Assembly (NCBI GenBank): GCA_002923395.1
Contig: BEIK01000003.1
Location: 2,337 to 66,336, forward strand
DNA from: a bacterium HR34
GTDB taxonomy: Bacteria > Patescibacteriota > Minisyncoccia > Minisyncoccales > HRBIN34
DNA length: 64,000 bases
Reading direction: 5' to 3'
The position numbers and the translations under genes are program-made. The notes under the pieces are model-generated. The model was not told the DNA's origin, searched no databases, and was given only the letters and a program-made list of their open reading frames with translations. Shown in pieces: positions 42,355 through 52,731 of this stretch (position 1 is the first letter of the stretch; the number at the start of each line of letters is the position of its first letter).

Positions 42355-42741
42355 CTAATTTTTTGGCTTATTTGTTAATTCTTCAATTTTTTTAAACAAA
42401 TCTGATTCTACATCTTGTAATTCTTTTATAAATTTATCTTTATTGTTAGGATTATTTTTTAGTAACTCTATGATATTACTAAAAGTTTCCAATGTCCTCA
42501 TTTTTCTGTCTTTTATTATATAGACTTGCTCAAGTAAGTAATTAATGTCTTGTATTTTGCTACTTAGTATAGCTTTTATAATTATCCATAAGGAAAAAAG
42601 TTTATTAATTTTTGTGTTTATGGTTAGTTTTCTATTATTTAATATGTCCATTCTAATATTATTTATTTCGTGTATGCATTCTTTAAACTTCTGTTCTGGA
42701 GTTTGTTCTTTTGATTGAGGTGTTTCTCTACGATTTCTCAT
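42355..42741 (-). CDS. Orphan hypothetical protein
   Basis: Intact 128-aa ORF, very AT-rich, no recognisable motif. Confidence 0.5.
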   Translation of the reverse strand: MRNRRETPQSKEQTPEQKFKECIHEINNIRMDILNNRKLTINTKINKLFSLWIIIKAILSSKIQDINYLLEQVYIIKDRKMRTLETFSNIIELLKNNPNNKDKFIKELQDVESDLFKKIEELTNKPKN

Positions 42742-42759
42742 AACTTTGTAATATTATGT

Positions 42760-43663
42760 TTAAGGTTTTTTCTAATTTTTCTTTTATTCCATCTATTATT
42801 TTTAAAGCGGTATCAGGTTTATGCATATAGCATATATTAATTATATCTAGTTGTAATTCTACAAAAATTCTTTCCCCTTTTCCGTAACTATTATCTTTTG
42901 CTCAATTTATCGAATTTCTTAATTCAGCAGCCTGCGTTTCTAGGAAGGAACGATAAGCATATTTTTTCAATAAGTCATCCTCTTTGCCTGTGATTGTTTT
43001 ATAGTGCGCTTTTAATATTTCTATATCTTCTTTGTCTGGTGGAGTTTCTGACTTATTTGGAAATTGACGAGTTTTATATTCCTCCAACAAATCTTTTAGA
43101 TAATTTAAAATAACCAATGTTTTGTAAAGTTCTATTGAAAATAATATACATTCTACTTTTTCTCTTTCTGATTCAGACAGTTCTTCTTCTGATATTTCTT
43201 CAACATTAACAACAGTTGGTTTGTATAATTGTTAGTTCATTGAAAACAGAGAGCAACTTTTTCCATCTTTCTATTTTTAAACTGCTCAAGCTAACTTCTT
43301 TTTTAACGATTTCATTGATTTCCTCTGTAATATCTTTAACATCTTCATCTTCTTGAATAAATTTTCCTATTGTTTTTAGCGTATTCTTCAATCTCTTTAA
43401 ACCTATTTTCTATCTCTATAATTTTATTTTTTCTATTATTTTCTTCGCTAAAATTTTCTTTTATCATTTTTATTTCTCTATTAAATCTGAAAAATTTTCT
43501 TTTATTTTATTACTCACTTGTTCTGTGTTTTCTTTATATGCTTTTATTATTTTTTTCCAACATTAATTAAATTAAGAGATTTTTTTCATTCATTTATAGC
43601 TCCTAACAACATTAACTCTTCGTTTGCCTTTTTCTCTGGTGATTCATTTGGACGTTTTTCCAT
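42760..43663 (-). pseudogene. Fragmented orphan gene starting MEKRPNESPEKKANEE at 43663 (3' end approximate)
   Basis: Fragments 43206-43391 and 42902-43117 plus multiple stops and frameshifts. Confidence 0.45.
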
Positions 43664-43674
43664 ATTTTTTTAAT

Positions 43675-43692
43675 TTTAACGTCGCACAATAT
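43675..43692 (+). repeat. Second copy of the dif left arm (18-bp direct repeat of 42269-42286)
   Basis: TTTAACGTCGCACAATAT at both positions. Confidence 0.8.
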
Positions 43693-43739
43693 TAACAAAT
43701 CGTTAAAAATAATTTATTATTAAAGTATAGGCAAAAACT

Positions 43740-44699
43740 ATGAAAAAATCAAACAAACCAATAATAAAACATATTCCTGACTTTCTTGATTATTGCGAGG
43801 TTGAAAAAGGACTTTCTCAAAAAACTCAAGAAAACTATCACAGATATTTAAAAATGTTTGTTTTATGGTTAAAAAGTAAAAATGAGAATTTGCTTCCCCA
43901 TCAATTAACACCAGATCATATTTGGGAATATAGATTGTTTTTGGCAAGATATCAAAATCCAATTACAAAAAAGAATTTAGAAAAAATCACTCAAAATTAT
44001 TATTTAATTGCTCTTAGGAGATTATTAAAGTTTTTTGCTGATAAGGATATTTTATCTTTACCTCCTGAAAAAGTTGCTTTATCAAAAGATATAAAGAAAG
44101 AAAAAACAGTGAAATTTTTAACGCTTGAGCAAATAGAAAAACTTCTTTTGACTCCAAACACTAAAAATATAACAGGTTTAAGGGATAGGGCTATTTTAGA
44201 AACTCTTTTTTCTACTGGTTTAAGGGTCGCAGAGCTTGTAAGTTTGAATAGAGAGCAATTTGCGAATATAAATGACAAAAAAGATTTTGAACTAAGTATT
44301 ATTGGAAAAGGTTCAAGGCCAAGAACTGTTTATTTTTCAGAAAGAGCTTTGAAATGGCTTAAAAGATATTTAGAAACAAGAAATGATAAAGAAAAAGCAT
44401 TGTTTATAAATTATAAAGGAAAAAAACCTGGTACAAGGTTAACAGCAAGATCTGTTGAAAGAATTGTTAAAAAATACGCCGTTGCAAGCGGTGTTCCATT
44501 TTTTACAACACCCCATACTTTAAGGCACTCTTATGCAACTGATTTGTTAATGCAGGGGGTTGATTTGAGAATAATTCAAGAGTTTTTAGGGCATAAAAAT
44601 ATTGTTACAACTCAAATATACACGCATGTTACCAATAAGAAATTAAGGGACATTCATAGAGAATATCATAGCGGCAACAGAATAAAAGATATTGAGTAA
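43740..44699 (+). CDS. Xer-family tyrosine recombinase
   Basis: N-terminal SAM-like FLDY..VEKG.S..T..NY; RD.AILE.LFSTGLRVAEL, GKG, TPHTLRHSYAT, LGH, TQIYTHV; catalytic residues intact. Confidence 0.93.
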   Translation: MKKSNKPIIKHIPDFLDYCEVEKGLSQKTQENYHRYLKMFVLWLKSKNENLLPHQLTPDHIWEYRLFLARYQNPITKKNLEKITQNYYLIALRRLLKFFADKDILSLPPEKVALSKDIKKEKTVKFLTLEQIEKLLLTPNTKNITGLRDRAILETLFSTGLRVAELVSLNREQFANINDKKDFELSIIGKGSRPRTVYFSERALKWLKRYLETRNDKEKALFINYKGKKPGTRLTARSVERIVKKYAVASGVPFFTTPHTLRHSYATDLLMQGVDLRIIQEFLGHKNIVTTQIYTHVTNKKLRDIHREYHSGNRIKDIE

Positions 44700-44708
44700 T
44701 TTAATAAA

Positions 44709-44870
44709 TTAATCTATATTATTTTCTTGTTCTATTTGTATTGGCTGGTAATCTAAAAGTTCTGCAACCACATAACCTGAAAAGAAAAATAAACTATGGC
44801 TTAAAATTAAAATAAGAATTATTATAATCTTTTCTTTATTTTTTCTGATTTTATTTATCATTTCTTTCAC
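44709..44870 (-). CDS. Small single-TM membrane protein, 53 aa (unannotated)
   Basis: [56 protein letters not shown] 44870 or ATG 44861; fills the gap between xer and rpmA. Confidence 0.5.
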   Translation of the reverse strand: MKEMINKIRKNKEKIIIILILILSHSLFFFSGYVVAELLDYQPIQIEQENNID

Positions 44871-44933
44871 TTGATTTTTTGTTTTTTACATGATAATATA
44901 GGAATTATATCAAACTTATTAAACTTTAAAACT

Positions 44934-45206
44934 ATGGCACAAACTAAATCTGCAGGTTCAACGAGCTTAGGAAGAGATTCAAGGCCCAAATATTTAGGTG
45001 TAAAACTTTCTGATGGCCAGAAAGTTAGAAAAGGGCAAATTATTATAAGACAGAGAGGCACTAAATATGTTCCTGGTAAAAATGTTAAGTTAGGAAAAGA
45101 CTACACGATATACGCAACAAAAGATGGGGTGGTTAAATTTTATGAGAAAAACAAAACTCTATTTACAGGAAACAAAAGAAAAGTTAAAGTTGTTAGCGTA
45201 ATTTAG
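44934..45206 (+). CDS. rpmA: 50S ribosomal protein L27
   Basis: [43 protein letters not shown]. Confidence 0.96.
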   Translation: MAQTKSAGSTSLGRDSRPKYLGVKLSDGQKVRKGQIIIRQRGTKYVPGKNVKLGKDYTIYATKDGVVKFYEKNKTLFTGNKRKVKVVSVI

Positions 45207-46830
45207 CTTTTGCTACTTTTATAAACTCATTATACAAAGGATGGCCAATAATTGGCCTTGATTTAAATTCTGGATGGAATTGTACTCCTACAAAAAATGG
45301 ATGATTCTTTAATTCTATTATTTCAACCAAATTTTTTTCAGGATTTATTCCTGAAAAAACCATTCCTTTAGAGGACAATACTTCTAAATAGTCGTTGTTA
45401 AATTCATATCTGTGCCTGTGTCTTTCATAAATTAGTTCTTTTTTGTAGGCACTAAAAGCAATTGTGCCTTTTTTTATTTTGCAAGCATACTCCCCTAATC
45501 TCATTGTTCCTCCATATTTCTTTTCTTTTAATAGAACTTTTTGATCTGGCATTATGTCAATTATTTTATTTTTTGCCTTTGGGTTAAATTCTCCAGATGT
45601 CGCATCTTTTATTTTGCATACATTTCTCGCAAATTCTATACAAGCCAACTGCATTCCAAGACATAAACCAAAATAAGGTATGTTATTTTTTCTGCAGTAC
45701 TCAATCGCTCTTATTTTTCCTTCGACTCCCCTACTTCCAAATCCTCCTGGAACAACTACTCCGTGGTAATTTTTTAATTCTCTTACTTTTGACGGATTTT
45801 TTTCGTATTCCTCTGAATTTAACCAGTGAATTTCTGGTTGAACTTTATTGTACCAGCACGCATATTTTATTGATTCTATTACTGAAATATAAGCGTCGAG
45901 TAAGGTAAAATCGCCTGTTTTAAAATATTTACCGACAATTGCTATTTTTACTTTTGTAAGGTTTATGTCTTCAACAACTTTTAGGAAATCATACCAATCT
46001 TTATTGTTAACTTTTTTTATTGGTTTTTTATTAAAATGTTTTAATATCTTTTCTGCAAATTTATCTTTTTCAAAATACTTTACCAAAGAATAAATGTTCT
46101 TAACATCAGGTGCCGAAATAACATTTTCTTTTTTGATGTTACATGAAACAGACAGTTTACTTTTTCTTTTCTCATCAATTTCCCTCTTTGATCTACCGAC
46201 AATGAAGTCTGGTTGTATTCCTGCCATATTTAAACTTCTAACAGCATATTGAGTTGGCTTTGTTTTCATTTCTCCTACTGAATCTGGTATCGGGAGATAA
46301 CTAACCAAAACAAAACCTACATTTTTTGGGTTTTTTAATTTCATTATTCTTGCTGCTTCCAAAAAAATTAAGTTTTGATATTCGCCAACAGTTCCTCCTA
46401 TTTCGACGATAAGAAAGTCTGCTTTATCTTTTTTTGCAGCGTCATTTATTCTTTGGATTATTTCATTTGTTATATCAGGAACAACTTCAACGCATTTTCC
46501 GTTGTACTTAAAACTTCTTTCTTTGTCTATAACAGATTTATAAATTAAACCTGTCGTTATATAATTTCTTGATGACAAATCTTTATTTAAAAACCTTTCA
46601 TAATTTCCTATGTCTTGATCACATTCTATTCCATCTTTAGTAACAAAAACTTCTCCGTGCTCAAGTGGATTCATTGTGCCAGCGTCTACGTTAATGTATG
46701 GGTCTATCTTTACGCAGGATACATTAAAATTTCTATCTGCTAATAATTTAGCTATGTTGGATACAGTTACTCCTTTTCCAATACTTGACATTACGCCACC
46801 TACCACAAATAAAAAATTTGTTTTTGCCAT
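45193..46830 (-). CDS. pyrG: CTP synthase
   Basis: [59 protein letters not shown]. Confidence 0.97.
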   Translation of the reverse strand: MAKTNFLFVVGGVMSSIGKGVTVSNIAKLLADRNFNVSCVKIDPYINVDAGTMNPLEHGEVFVTKDGIECDQDIGNYERFLNKDLSSRNYITTGLIYKSVIDKERSFKYNGKCVEVVPDITNEIIQRINDAAKKDKADFLIVEIGGTVGEYQNLIFLEAARIMKLKNPKNVGFVLVSYLPIPDSVGEMKTKPTQYAVRSLNMAGIQPDFIVGRSKREIDEKRKSKLSVSCNIKKENVISAPDVKNIYSLVKYFEKDKFAEKILKHFNKKPIKKVNNKDWYDFLKVVEDINLTKVKIAIVGKYFKTGDFTLLDAYISVIESIKYACWYNKVQPEIHWLNSEEYEKNPSKVRELKNYHGVVVPGGFGSRGVEGKIRAIEYCRKNNIPYFGLCLGMQLACIEFARNVCKIKDATSGEFNPKAKNKIIDIMPDQKVLLKEKKYGGTMRLGEYACKIKKGTIAFSAYKKELIYERHRHRYEFNNDYLEVLSSKGMVFSGINPEKNLVEIIELKNHPFFVGVQFHPEFKSRPIIGHPLYNEFIKVAKAKLR

Positions 46831-46839
46831 AAACTTTCT

Positions 46840-47295
46840 TTATAGTATATCTTCTACAACTATTAATCTAATTTTAGCTTCTAGGTTATGCTTAAATTTT
46901 AATGTTATATCATATTCACCAACTTCTTTTATTGGTTTTTCAAGTTTTACCTTAAAATATTTAGTGTTATAACCCATTTCGCTTAATTTATTCATTATTT
47001 TTTTGGCATTTATGGATTCATAAAGTCTTCCATTTTTACCAACTTTTGCTGGCATTTCAACTTCTATGCAATCTATTTTTTCAACCATTTCTTGAATTTT
47101 TAACAATTCTTTTTCTGCTTTAATTTCTTTTTGCTTCTTAGTCTTTTCAAGTTCTTTTATTGTTTTCTCATCGGCTATTTTAACTAACCCTTTTGGTATC
47201 AAGTAATTTTGAGCATAACCAACAGATACCTCTTTTATATCACCTTTATTGCCTAAACCTTCTACTCTTTTTAGCAAGATAACTTTAACTTTCAT
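46840..47295 (-). CDS. rplI: 50S ribosomal protein L9
   Basis: KVILLKRVEGLGNKGDIKEVSVGYAQNYLIP, PIKEVGEY. Confidence 0.95.
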   Translation of the reverse strand: MKVKVILLKRVEGLGNKGDIKEVSVGYAQNYLIPKGLVKIADEKTIKELEKTKKQKEIKAEKELLKIQEMVEKIDCIEVEMPAKVGKNGRLYESINAKKIMNKLSEMGYNTKYFKVKLEKPIKEVGEYDITLKFKHNLEAKIRLIVVEDIL

Positions 47296-47300
47296 ATCTT

Positions 47301-48524
47301 TTAATTATTTATTAATCCTTTTAAAACTTCTATTGCTTTTTCTAATTGTGTATCTTTTTCTTCATCTTCTGAATATTTTACTTCAATGTCTGGTTTTATG
47401 CCGTTTTCCTCTATCACATTTCCTTTTGGAGTTAGCCACTTTGCAACAGTAAATTTTACTGCTGAACCATCAGGAAGATCTCTTAATTCCTGCACGGATC
47501 CTTTTCCAAAGCTTTTCTCGCCTACTATTTTTACATTTTCTCTGTTATCTTTTATTGCGCCTGCCATTATTTCAGAAGCCGAAGCAGAACCTTGATTTAT
47601 TAATATAACTAAAGGATAATTTTTTAACAAAGATGGTCCCTTAGATTTATATAAAACATTATTTCTATTTCCGTCAAATTGTTCAATTACTATTGTATCT
47701 TGTTCATCTAAAAACCATCCTGTTACATCAACAGCAACCTGCAAAAATCCTCCTGGATTATTTCTTAAGTCTATTATTATCCCTTTTATGTTTGGATTAG
47801 ATAAAATTTTATATGCTGTTTTGGCGAATTCTTGTGTAAGATTGGCAGAAAAACTATATATTTTTATATAAGCGATGTTATCTTCTTTAACTTCGTATTT
47901 TATTAGCGGAATATAAATTTTCTCCCTCGTTATTTTAAAATCTTTTGGTTTTTTAAATTCATCTCGCACAATTGTTAAGATAACAGTAGTGCCAGCTTTA
48001 CCTCTTATCAATTTTACTGCCTCTTCTAATGTCATATCTTCTGTTGATTTGCCGTCTATTGCTGTTATTATATCACCTGGTTTTATGCCTGCTTTGAAAG
48101 CTGGCGTCCCTTCTAATGGCGCTATAACAGTTAGCGTATTTTTCCTAATACCTATTTCCATTCCCACCCCTTCAAATTCTCCTGATACATCTTCTCTAAA
48201 TATTTTTGCTCTTTCAGGATCTAAAAACACAGTATAAGGATCTCCTAAAGATTTTACCATTCCGCTTATTGCTCCATATAAAACTTTTTGAGAGTCTATT
48301 TTATCCGCGTATATAAAATTTTGTTTGAGGATGCCATAAACTTGCCAAAATAAAGAAAAGTCTATTTTTTCATCAATATTTTTAGGTTTTGTATTTTTAA
48401 ACTCATCTATTATTACTGGCGGCAAATTTTCTTTCCCTTTTTCAAAGCCAATATAAAAAGAGACGCTCGAGGCTACTCCAATTATTATAATAACCAAAAT
48501 AAGTTTTAATAAAAACTTTTTCAT
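47301..48524 (-). CDS. S41 carboxyl-terminal processing protease (PDZ)
   Basis: LGDPYT, GEFEGVG, DLRNNPGG, SASASEI, GEKSFGKGSVQ, GIKPD. Confidence 0.93.
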   Translation of the reverse strand: MKKFLLKLILVIIIIGVASSVSFYIGFEKGKENLPPVIIDEFKNTKPKNIDEKIDFSLFWQVYGILKQNFIYADKIDSQKVLYGAISGMVKSLGDPYTVFLDPERAKIFREDVSGEFEGVGMEIGIRKNTLTVIAPLEGTPAFKAGIKPGDIITAIDGKSTEDMTLEEAVKLIRGKAGTTVILTIVRDEFKKPKDFKITREKIYIPLIKYEVKEDNIAYIKIYSFSANLTQEFAKTAYKILSNPNIKGIIIDLRNNPGGFLQVAVDVTGWFLDEQDTIVIEQFDGNRNNVLYKSKGPSLLKNYPLVILINQGSASASEIMAGAIKDNRENVKIVGEKSFGKGSVQELRDLPDGSAVKFTVAKWLTPKGNVIEENGIKPDIEVKYSEDEEKDTQLEKAIEVLKGLINN

Positions 48525-48564
48525 TTCTTATTTTTTAGATTTTAAAATCTTAAAAACAATATAT

Positions 48565-48614
48565 ATTATAAACCATTTTTCAAAAACAGACAATTTTTTG
48601 TATAAGATGAGTAA
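48565..48614 (-). promoter_or_regulatory. Probable sigma70 promoter of S41-rplI-pyrG, preceded by TTACTCATCTTATACA
   Basis: Minus strand: motif 48614-48599, 5 nt, TTGTCT 48593-48588, 17-nt spacer, TATAAT 48570-48565. Confidence 0.6.
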
Positions 48615-48674
48615 GTTTTTATAGTTTACTATTCGAAGTTATGAAATAATAGATAAAAATTAATAGAATATTGC

Positions 48675-48710
48675 CTGCCCCATTGTTCACGATCGTGGAC
48701 AATGGGGCAG
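48675..48710. repeat. Intergenic hairpin of the TTCAC-N-GTGAA family, copy 3
   Basis: CTGCCCCATTGTTCAC-GATC-GTGGACAATGGGGCAG, 16-bp arms with one T-G pair. Confidence 0.8.
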
Positions 48711-48778
48711 CTGAAAATTAATTATTTTTTCTTGTATTTTATTCTTATCTTTTGCATTTTCAATTTTTTTGCGGATTT

Positions 48779-50300
48779 TTATTTATCAGAAAATTGTATA
48801 TCGTAAAATTCTTTATATATTTTTGAGTTTTTTACGAGTTGGTCGTGGGTTCCTTCTTCAACTATTTTACCATTGTGTAAAACCAAAATTTATCGCATTT
48901 TTTAATAGTTGATAGACGATGAGCGATTATTATTGCTGTGCTATTTTGCATAAGTTCATTTAAATTTTCGGTTAATACTCTTTCTGTTTTAGCATCTAAG
49001 TTTGAGGTGGGTTCGTCTAAAATTAATATTTTTGGTTTTTTAAGTATGGCCCTTGCGATAGCAATTCTTTGTTTCTGTCCTGATGATAACTTTACTCCTA
49101 ACTCACCCACTATTTGATTATGTTTTTTCGGAAGTTTATTTATAAAATCTTCCAATGCAACCTTTTTTATAATATCTTGAAATTCTTCTTCTTTTACTTT
49201 TTCTGTGCCATAGATTATATTGTTTTTTATTGTATCGTGAAATAAGATAACTTCTTGTGGTACAAAGGCTATTTGTTTTCTTAAATAATAAACATCTAAT
49301 TCCTTTGTGCTCGCGCCATCTATCTTAACATCGCCATTTTCAGGAAAATAAAATGCCGCTATTAAATCTGCTATTGTAGTTTTGCCAACGCCTGATTCTC
49401 CAACTAAAGCAACTTTTTCTTTTGGTTTAATTTTAAAACTAACGCCTTTTAGAATATAGTCATCTTTTTTATCATATTTGAACCATACATCTTTAAATTC
49501 TATTTCTCCTTTAATTTTTATTTTTTTTCCTTTTCTGTGTCCTGGTTTTCTTGGGGTAGTTTTGTTATTAAATCATCTAAATCTTTTAATCTTTTGATGT
49601 TTGTTTGCAAACTGGCGCTTTGTGACGCTAAAGAAACCAAGGGGCCCAAAATAAACATAGAATAACTATTTACAACTATAAGTTCTCCTATAGTTAATTC
49701 TTTTTGAAAAATTAAATAAACAGAGAAAGAAAATATAATAAGTTGCATTATTAAAGTAGAAATTTTTTGCAAAAAACCTATTTTCATCCATATGAATTCT
49801 TTTTTATTCCAAAAATATCCTCCTTTAATTAGATATTTTTTAAGTTGAGATACTTCTTTATCTATAAAACTTGCTAATTTAACAGATTTAATGTGTATAT
49901 ATTTTTCCCAAGTAAACCCCCATGCTCTTGCATAATATTTAAATTGGTTGTTAAGGATATTATTTATTTTTCCGATGTCTTTTAGAATTACTATTAAATA
50001 AATAAAAAATAATGCAAGAAAAAATATAAAAAATAACTTATTTATAAAAAACACTATTGCGAACCCTACTATCATAATTAAAAGTTGCGGCACAATAAAA
50101 GCATTTCTTTTACTATAATAGCCCCAGATGAAATTCCTTTATCTATTAATTCCCATAACTCTCCTGATTTTCTTTCTTTGTATTCAGACATTGGCATATT
50201 TAATATTTTTTTTAATTGTTTCTGTGAAGAATTTATATAATTTTGAACATTTAAAATTTCAGCCTTTTTTGACGCCAAATATTCTAATGAGAAAGATGTT
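48779..50300 (-). pseudogene. Fused ABC exporter (TMD+NBD) broken by several frameshifts and apparently 5'-truncated
   Basis: TMD fragments 50078-50278 and 49518-50093; NBD in another frame with GESGVGKTT, VPQE, LSSGQKQRIAIARA, ILDEPTS, IAHRLST; frameshifts near 50085, 49521-49528 (A8 run) and 48885. Confidence 0.8.
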
Positions 50301-50451
50301 ATTTGAAGGATAGAAAAATATATTATTTGTTAACATAGAACAAAATTATTTATTAATTTTACTAGAAGATTCAGAAAAATTTAAAGGGAAATTTCTATTG
50401 ACTTTTTGCGCAATTTTGAGATTATATAATATTAAAAATGAAATAAAAAAT

Positions 50452-50868
50452 ATGAGCTATAAAATCATTTCAATAATAGCCGTTGTAATTATAATAGGAG
50501 TTGTTTTAATTTATGTTTTAAGAAGTGGGAGTAATGAAACAGAGCAAGTTCAAACTCAGGAAAATCCTGTGATTTTTGAAGGTCAAGGAAATGAATTAGA
50601 TCAAAATCAAGGCGAACAAGAATTTTTAGCTGGCGAGATTTATTCCTTTGAAGAAATACAAAAACATAACACAAGAGATGATTGCTGGCTTGTGATAAAC
50701 GGTAAAGTTTATGATGTTACGGATTTTCTTAACAAATACCCTGAAGGTGATGCTATATTACAAAATTGCGGTAAAGATGCTACAGAAATTTTTGATAAAG
50801 AAAACACAGAAGTTAAGACATTAAAAGAAAACCTTGAAAACTATTATATAGGCGACGTAGGAAAGTAG
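50452..50868 (+). CDS. Membrane-anchored cytochrome b5-like heme/steroid-binding domain protein
   Basis: EEIQKHNTRDDCWLVINGKVYDVTDFL, CGKDAT..F, YYIG; N-terminal TM; start placed at MSYK. Confidence 0.85.
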   Translation: MSYKIISIIAVVIIIGVVLIYVLRSGSNETEQVQTQENPVIFEGQGNELDQNQGEQEFLAGEIYSFEEIQKHNTRDDCWLVINGKVYDVTDFLNKYPEGDAILQNCGKDATEIFDKENTEVKTLKENLENYYIGDVGK

Positions 50869-50891
50869 TATTTAATTAAAAAAAATAATTT

Positions 50892-50919
50892 AAAACCCCG
50901 ACATTATGTCGGGGTTTTT
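50892..50919. terminator. Bidirectional intrinsic terminator
   Basis: AAAACCCCGACAT-T-ATGTCGGGGTTTT. Confidence 0.75.
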
Positions 50920-50946
50920 AAATACATACTTTGTGTTTGCCTTATT

Positions 50947-51108
50947 GGGGCCTGGCCTGTTGCATAAAAGTGGTGTCCGGCAGGACTCGACCTGTCATCC
51001 GACAGAGCGCCATATCGAATTATATGGCTAACCTTCTTAGCTTCGTTCGGCTTGCTCTGTATCGTATGATGAGACAGCAGGGTGCAATTATACCGTTCCG
51101 CTCGAACT
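50947..51108 (-). ncRNA. Candidate structured RNA with a tRNA-like 3' end, or attR-like relic of tRNA-Lys
   Basis: GC-rich island; nested stems TCATC/GATGA, CAGAGC/GCTCTG, GCCATAT/ATATGGC; minus strand contains CAGGTCGAGTCCTGCCGGACACCA ending at 50971. Confidence 0.4.
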
Positions 51109-51331
51109 TATTTTATCAAAAATTCCTGAACAAAGGAAGGTTGCCACTCGCGGAGTTTATCCCGCACCGAGTTTTGCTCTGGTGCGGGGTTCGCGGCATA
51201 TTCCATCCCGCGACTCCAGCGGCTCGGCTCTCGCCTCGCCCTAAAATCCGCAAAAATTTTCTACCTTAATTGAAAAAATTTTTTGTGCGCCCCCCACGAA
51301 AAAGTTGGTGTTTTACCAAAAAGTCAGATTC

Positions 51332-51407
51332 TGGTGCCCCCGGCAGGACTCGAACCTGCAACTTCCTGCTTAAAAGGCAGTTACTCTACCAATTGAGTTA
51401 CGGGGGC
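51332..51407 (-). tRNA. tRNA-Lys(TTT)
   Basis: GCCCCCGTAACTCAATTGGTAGAGTAACTGCCTTTTAAGCAGGAAGTTGCAGGTTCGAGTCCTGCCGGGGGCACCA; cloverleaf with encoded CCA. Confidence 0.96.
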
Positions 51408-51489
51408 ATATAATAGAATACTATATCAAAACAAAAATAAAAAATCAAAACATTAGTTTCATTCTTTTTATATAAAAACAAAATTTTTA

Positions 51490-52626
51490 CTATAACCCAA
51501 GATCTTTCAACTTCTTAAGAAGTTCTTTCTGTTCTTTTGTTAATTTATTTGGCATATTTATCTTAATCCTTACATACAAATTCCCTCTTCCAAAACCATT
51601 AAAATGGGGTATTCCCTCTCCTTTTATTTTTAGAACAGTTCCATCTTGGGTTCTTTCTGGAATCTCTACTTTTATTTTTTTGTTATCTATTCCTAATACC
51701 TCAATTTCACCTCCCAAAATTGCTGTGGTTAGTGGGATGTATTTTGTTGTGTATAAATCATCTCCTTTTCTTGTAAATTCTTTGTGAGGTTTTACAATAA
51801 CTCTTACATACAAATCCCCCGCAGGTCCTCCTTTTTTTCCTGCGTCTCCCTGCCCTTTTATTTTTAACACTTGGTTATTGTCAACACCTGCTGGGATTTT
51901 AATTTCCAAATTTTGCGTTGATCTTATTCTACCATTCCCTTTGCACACATTACATGGTTTTTCAGGAATATAACCTTCACCTTTACATTGGGGGCACGGA
52001 ACATATCTTGTTATTACGCCAAAAAATGTTCTATTTACTTGTTGGACCTCTCCAACTCCCCTGCAAGTTTGGCATTCAACAACCTTTGTATTAGGTTCTG
52101 CTCCTATGCCAGCACATCTTTCGCACTTTATATATTTTTGAATAGTAATTTTTTTAATATTGTCTTTTAACGTATCTTCAAGTGTTAACTCTACTGCAAT
52201 TTCTATATCTGCCCCCTTTTTTATATTCTTCTTTTTCGTAGTTACTCCAAAATCTCCAAAACTAAAACCTTTACCTCCGAATATCTCTGACACTACCTCC
52301 TCTAAATCTTCTATATCAAAATCAAAGCCTACCCTACCAAATCCACCATTAAAGTTTTCAAAATCAAAACCACCAAAACCTGAAAATCCTTCTTGTCCCC
52401 TTCCAGCATTTCCTGCATATTCAAAAGTTGTTCCAAATTTGTCATACTGCGCTCTTTTTTCAGGATCTGACAAAACTTGATAAGCCTCGTTTATTTCTTT
52501 AAATTTTTCCTCATCGCCTCCCTTATCAGGATGATATTTATGAGCAAGTCTTCTGTAGGCTCTTTTTATTTCTTCTTGAGAAGCATCTCTACTCACTCCT
52601 AATATTGAATAGTAATCTTTTTTCAT
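51490..52626 (-). CDS. dnaJ: Chaperone DnaJ (start placed at MKKDYY)
   Basis: J domain with HPD, G/F-rich region, four CxxCxGxG repeats. Confidence 0.97.
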   Translation of the reverse strand: MKKDYYSILGVSRDASQEEIKRAYRRLAHKYHPDKGGDEEKFKEINEAYQVLSDPEKRAQYDKFGTTFEYAGNAGRGQEGFSGFGGFDFENFNGGFGRVGFDFDIEDLEEVVSEIFGGKGFSFGDFGVTTKKKNIKKGADIEIAVELTLEDTLKDNIKKITIQKYIKCERCAGIGAEPNTKVVECQTCRGVGEVQQVNRTFFGVITRYVPCPQCKGEGYIPEKPCNVCKGNGRIRSTQNLEIKIPAGVDNNQVLKIKGQGDAGKKGGPAGDLYVRVIVKPHKEFTRKGDDLYTTKYIPLTTAILGGEIEVLGIDNKKIKVEIPERTQDGTVLKIKGEGIPHFNGFGRGNLYVRIKINMPNKLTKEQKELLKKLKDLGL

Positions 52627-52731
52627 ATTTTTCTCTTTATACTTTATGATAATATAAAAAAGCAAAAGATGTAAGGTTTACTGTTTGATTTCATTGTTGT
52701 CGTGTTCATGTAATTCGTTATTAGAATTCCG

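Noticed and set aside
42737..42765. CATAA...TTATGTTTAA resembling XerC/XerD arms
   Set aside because: The spacer is 10 rather than 6 bp, it overlaps a start codon, and the match is likely by chance in AT-rich DNA.
50971..51330. tmRNA (360-nt span ending in ACCA)
   Set aside because: No GGGG..TTCGAC 5' end pairing into a 7-bp acceptor stem with G3-U70, and no tag reading frame identified.
52669..52731. Short open frame continuing after the dnaK stop (RNSNNELHEHDNNEIKQ)
   Set aside because: DnaK is already of normal length; a 17-codon open stretch is not significant without read evidence.
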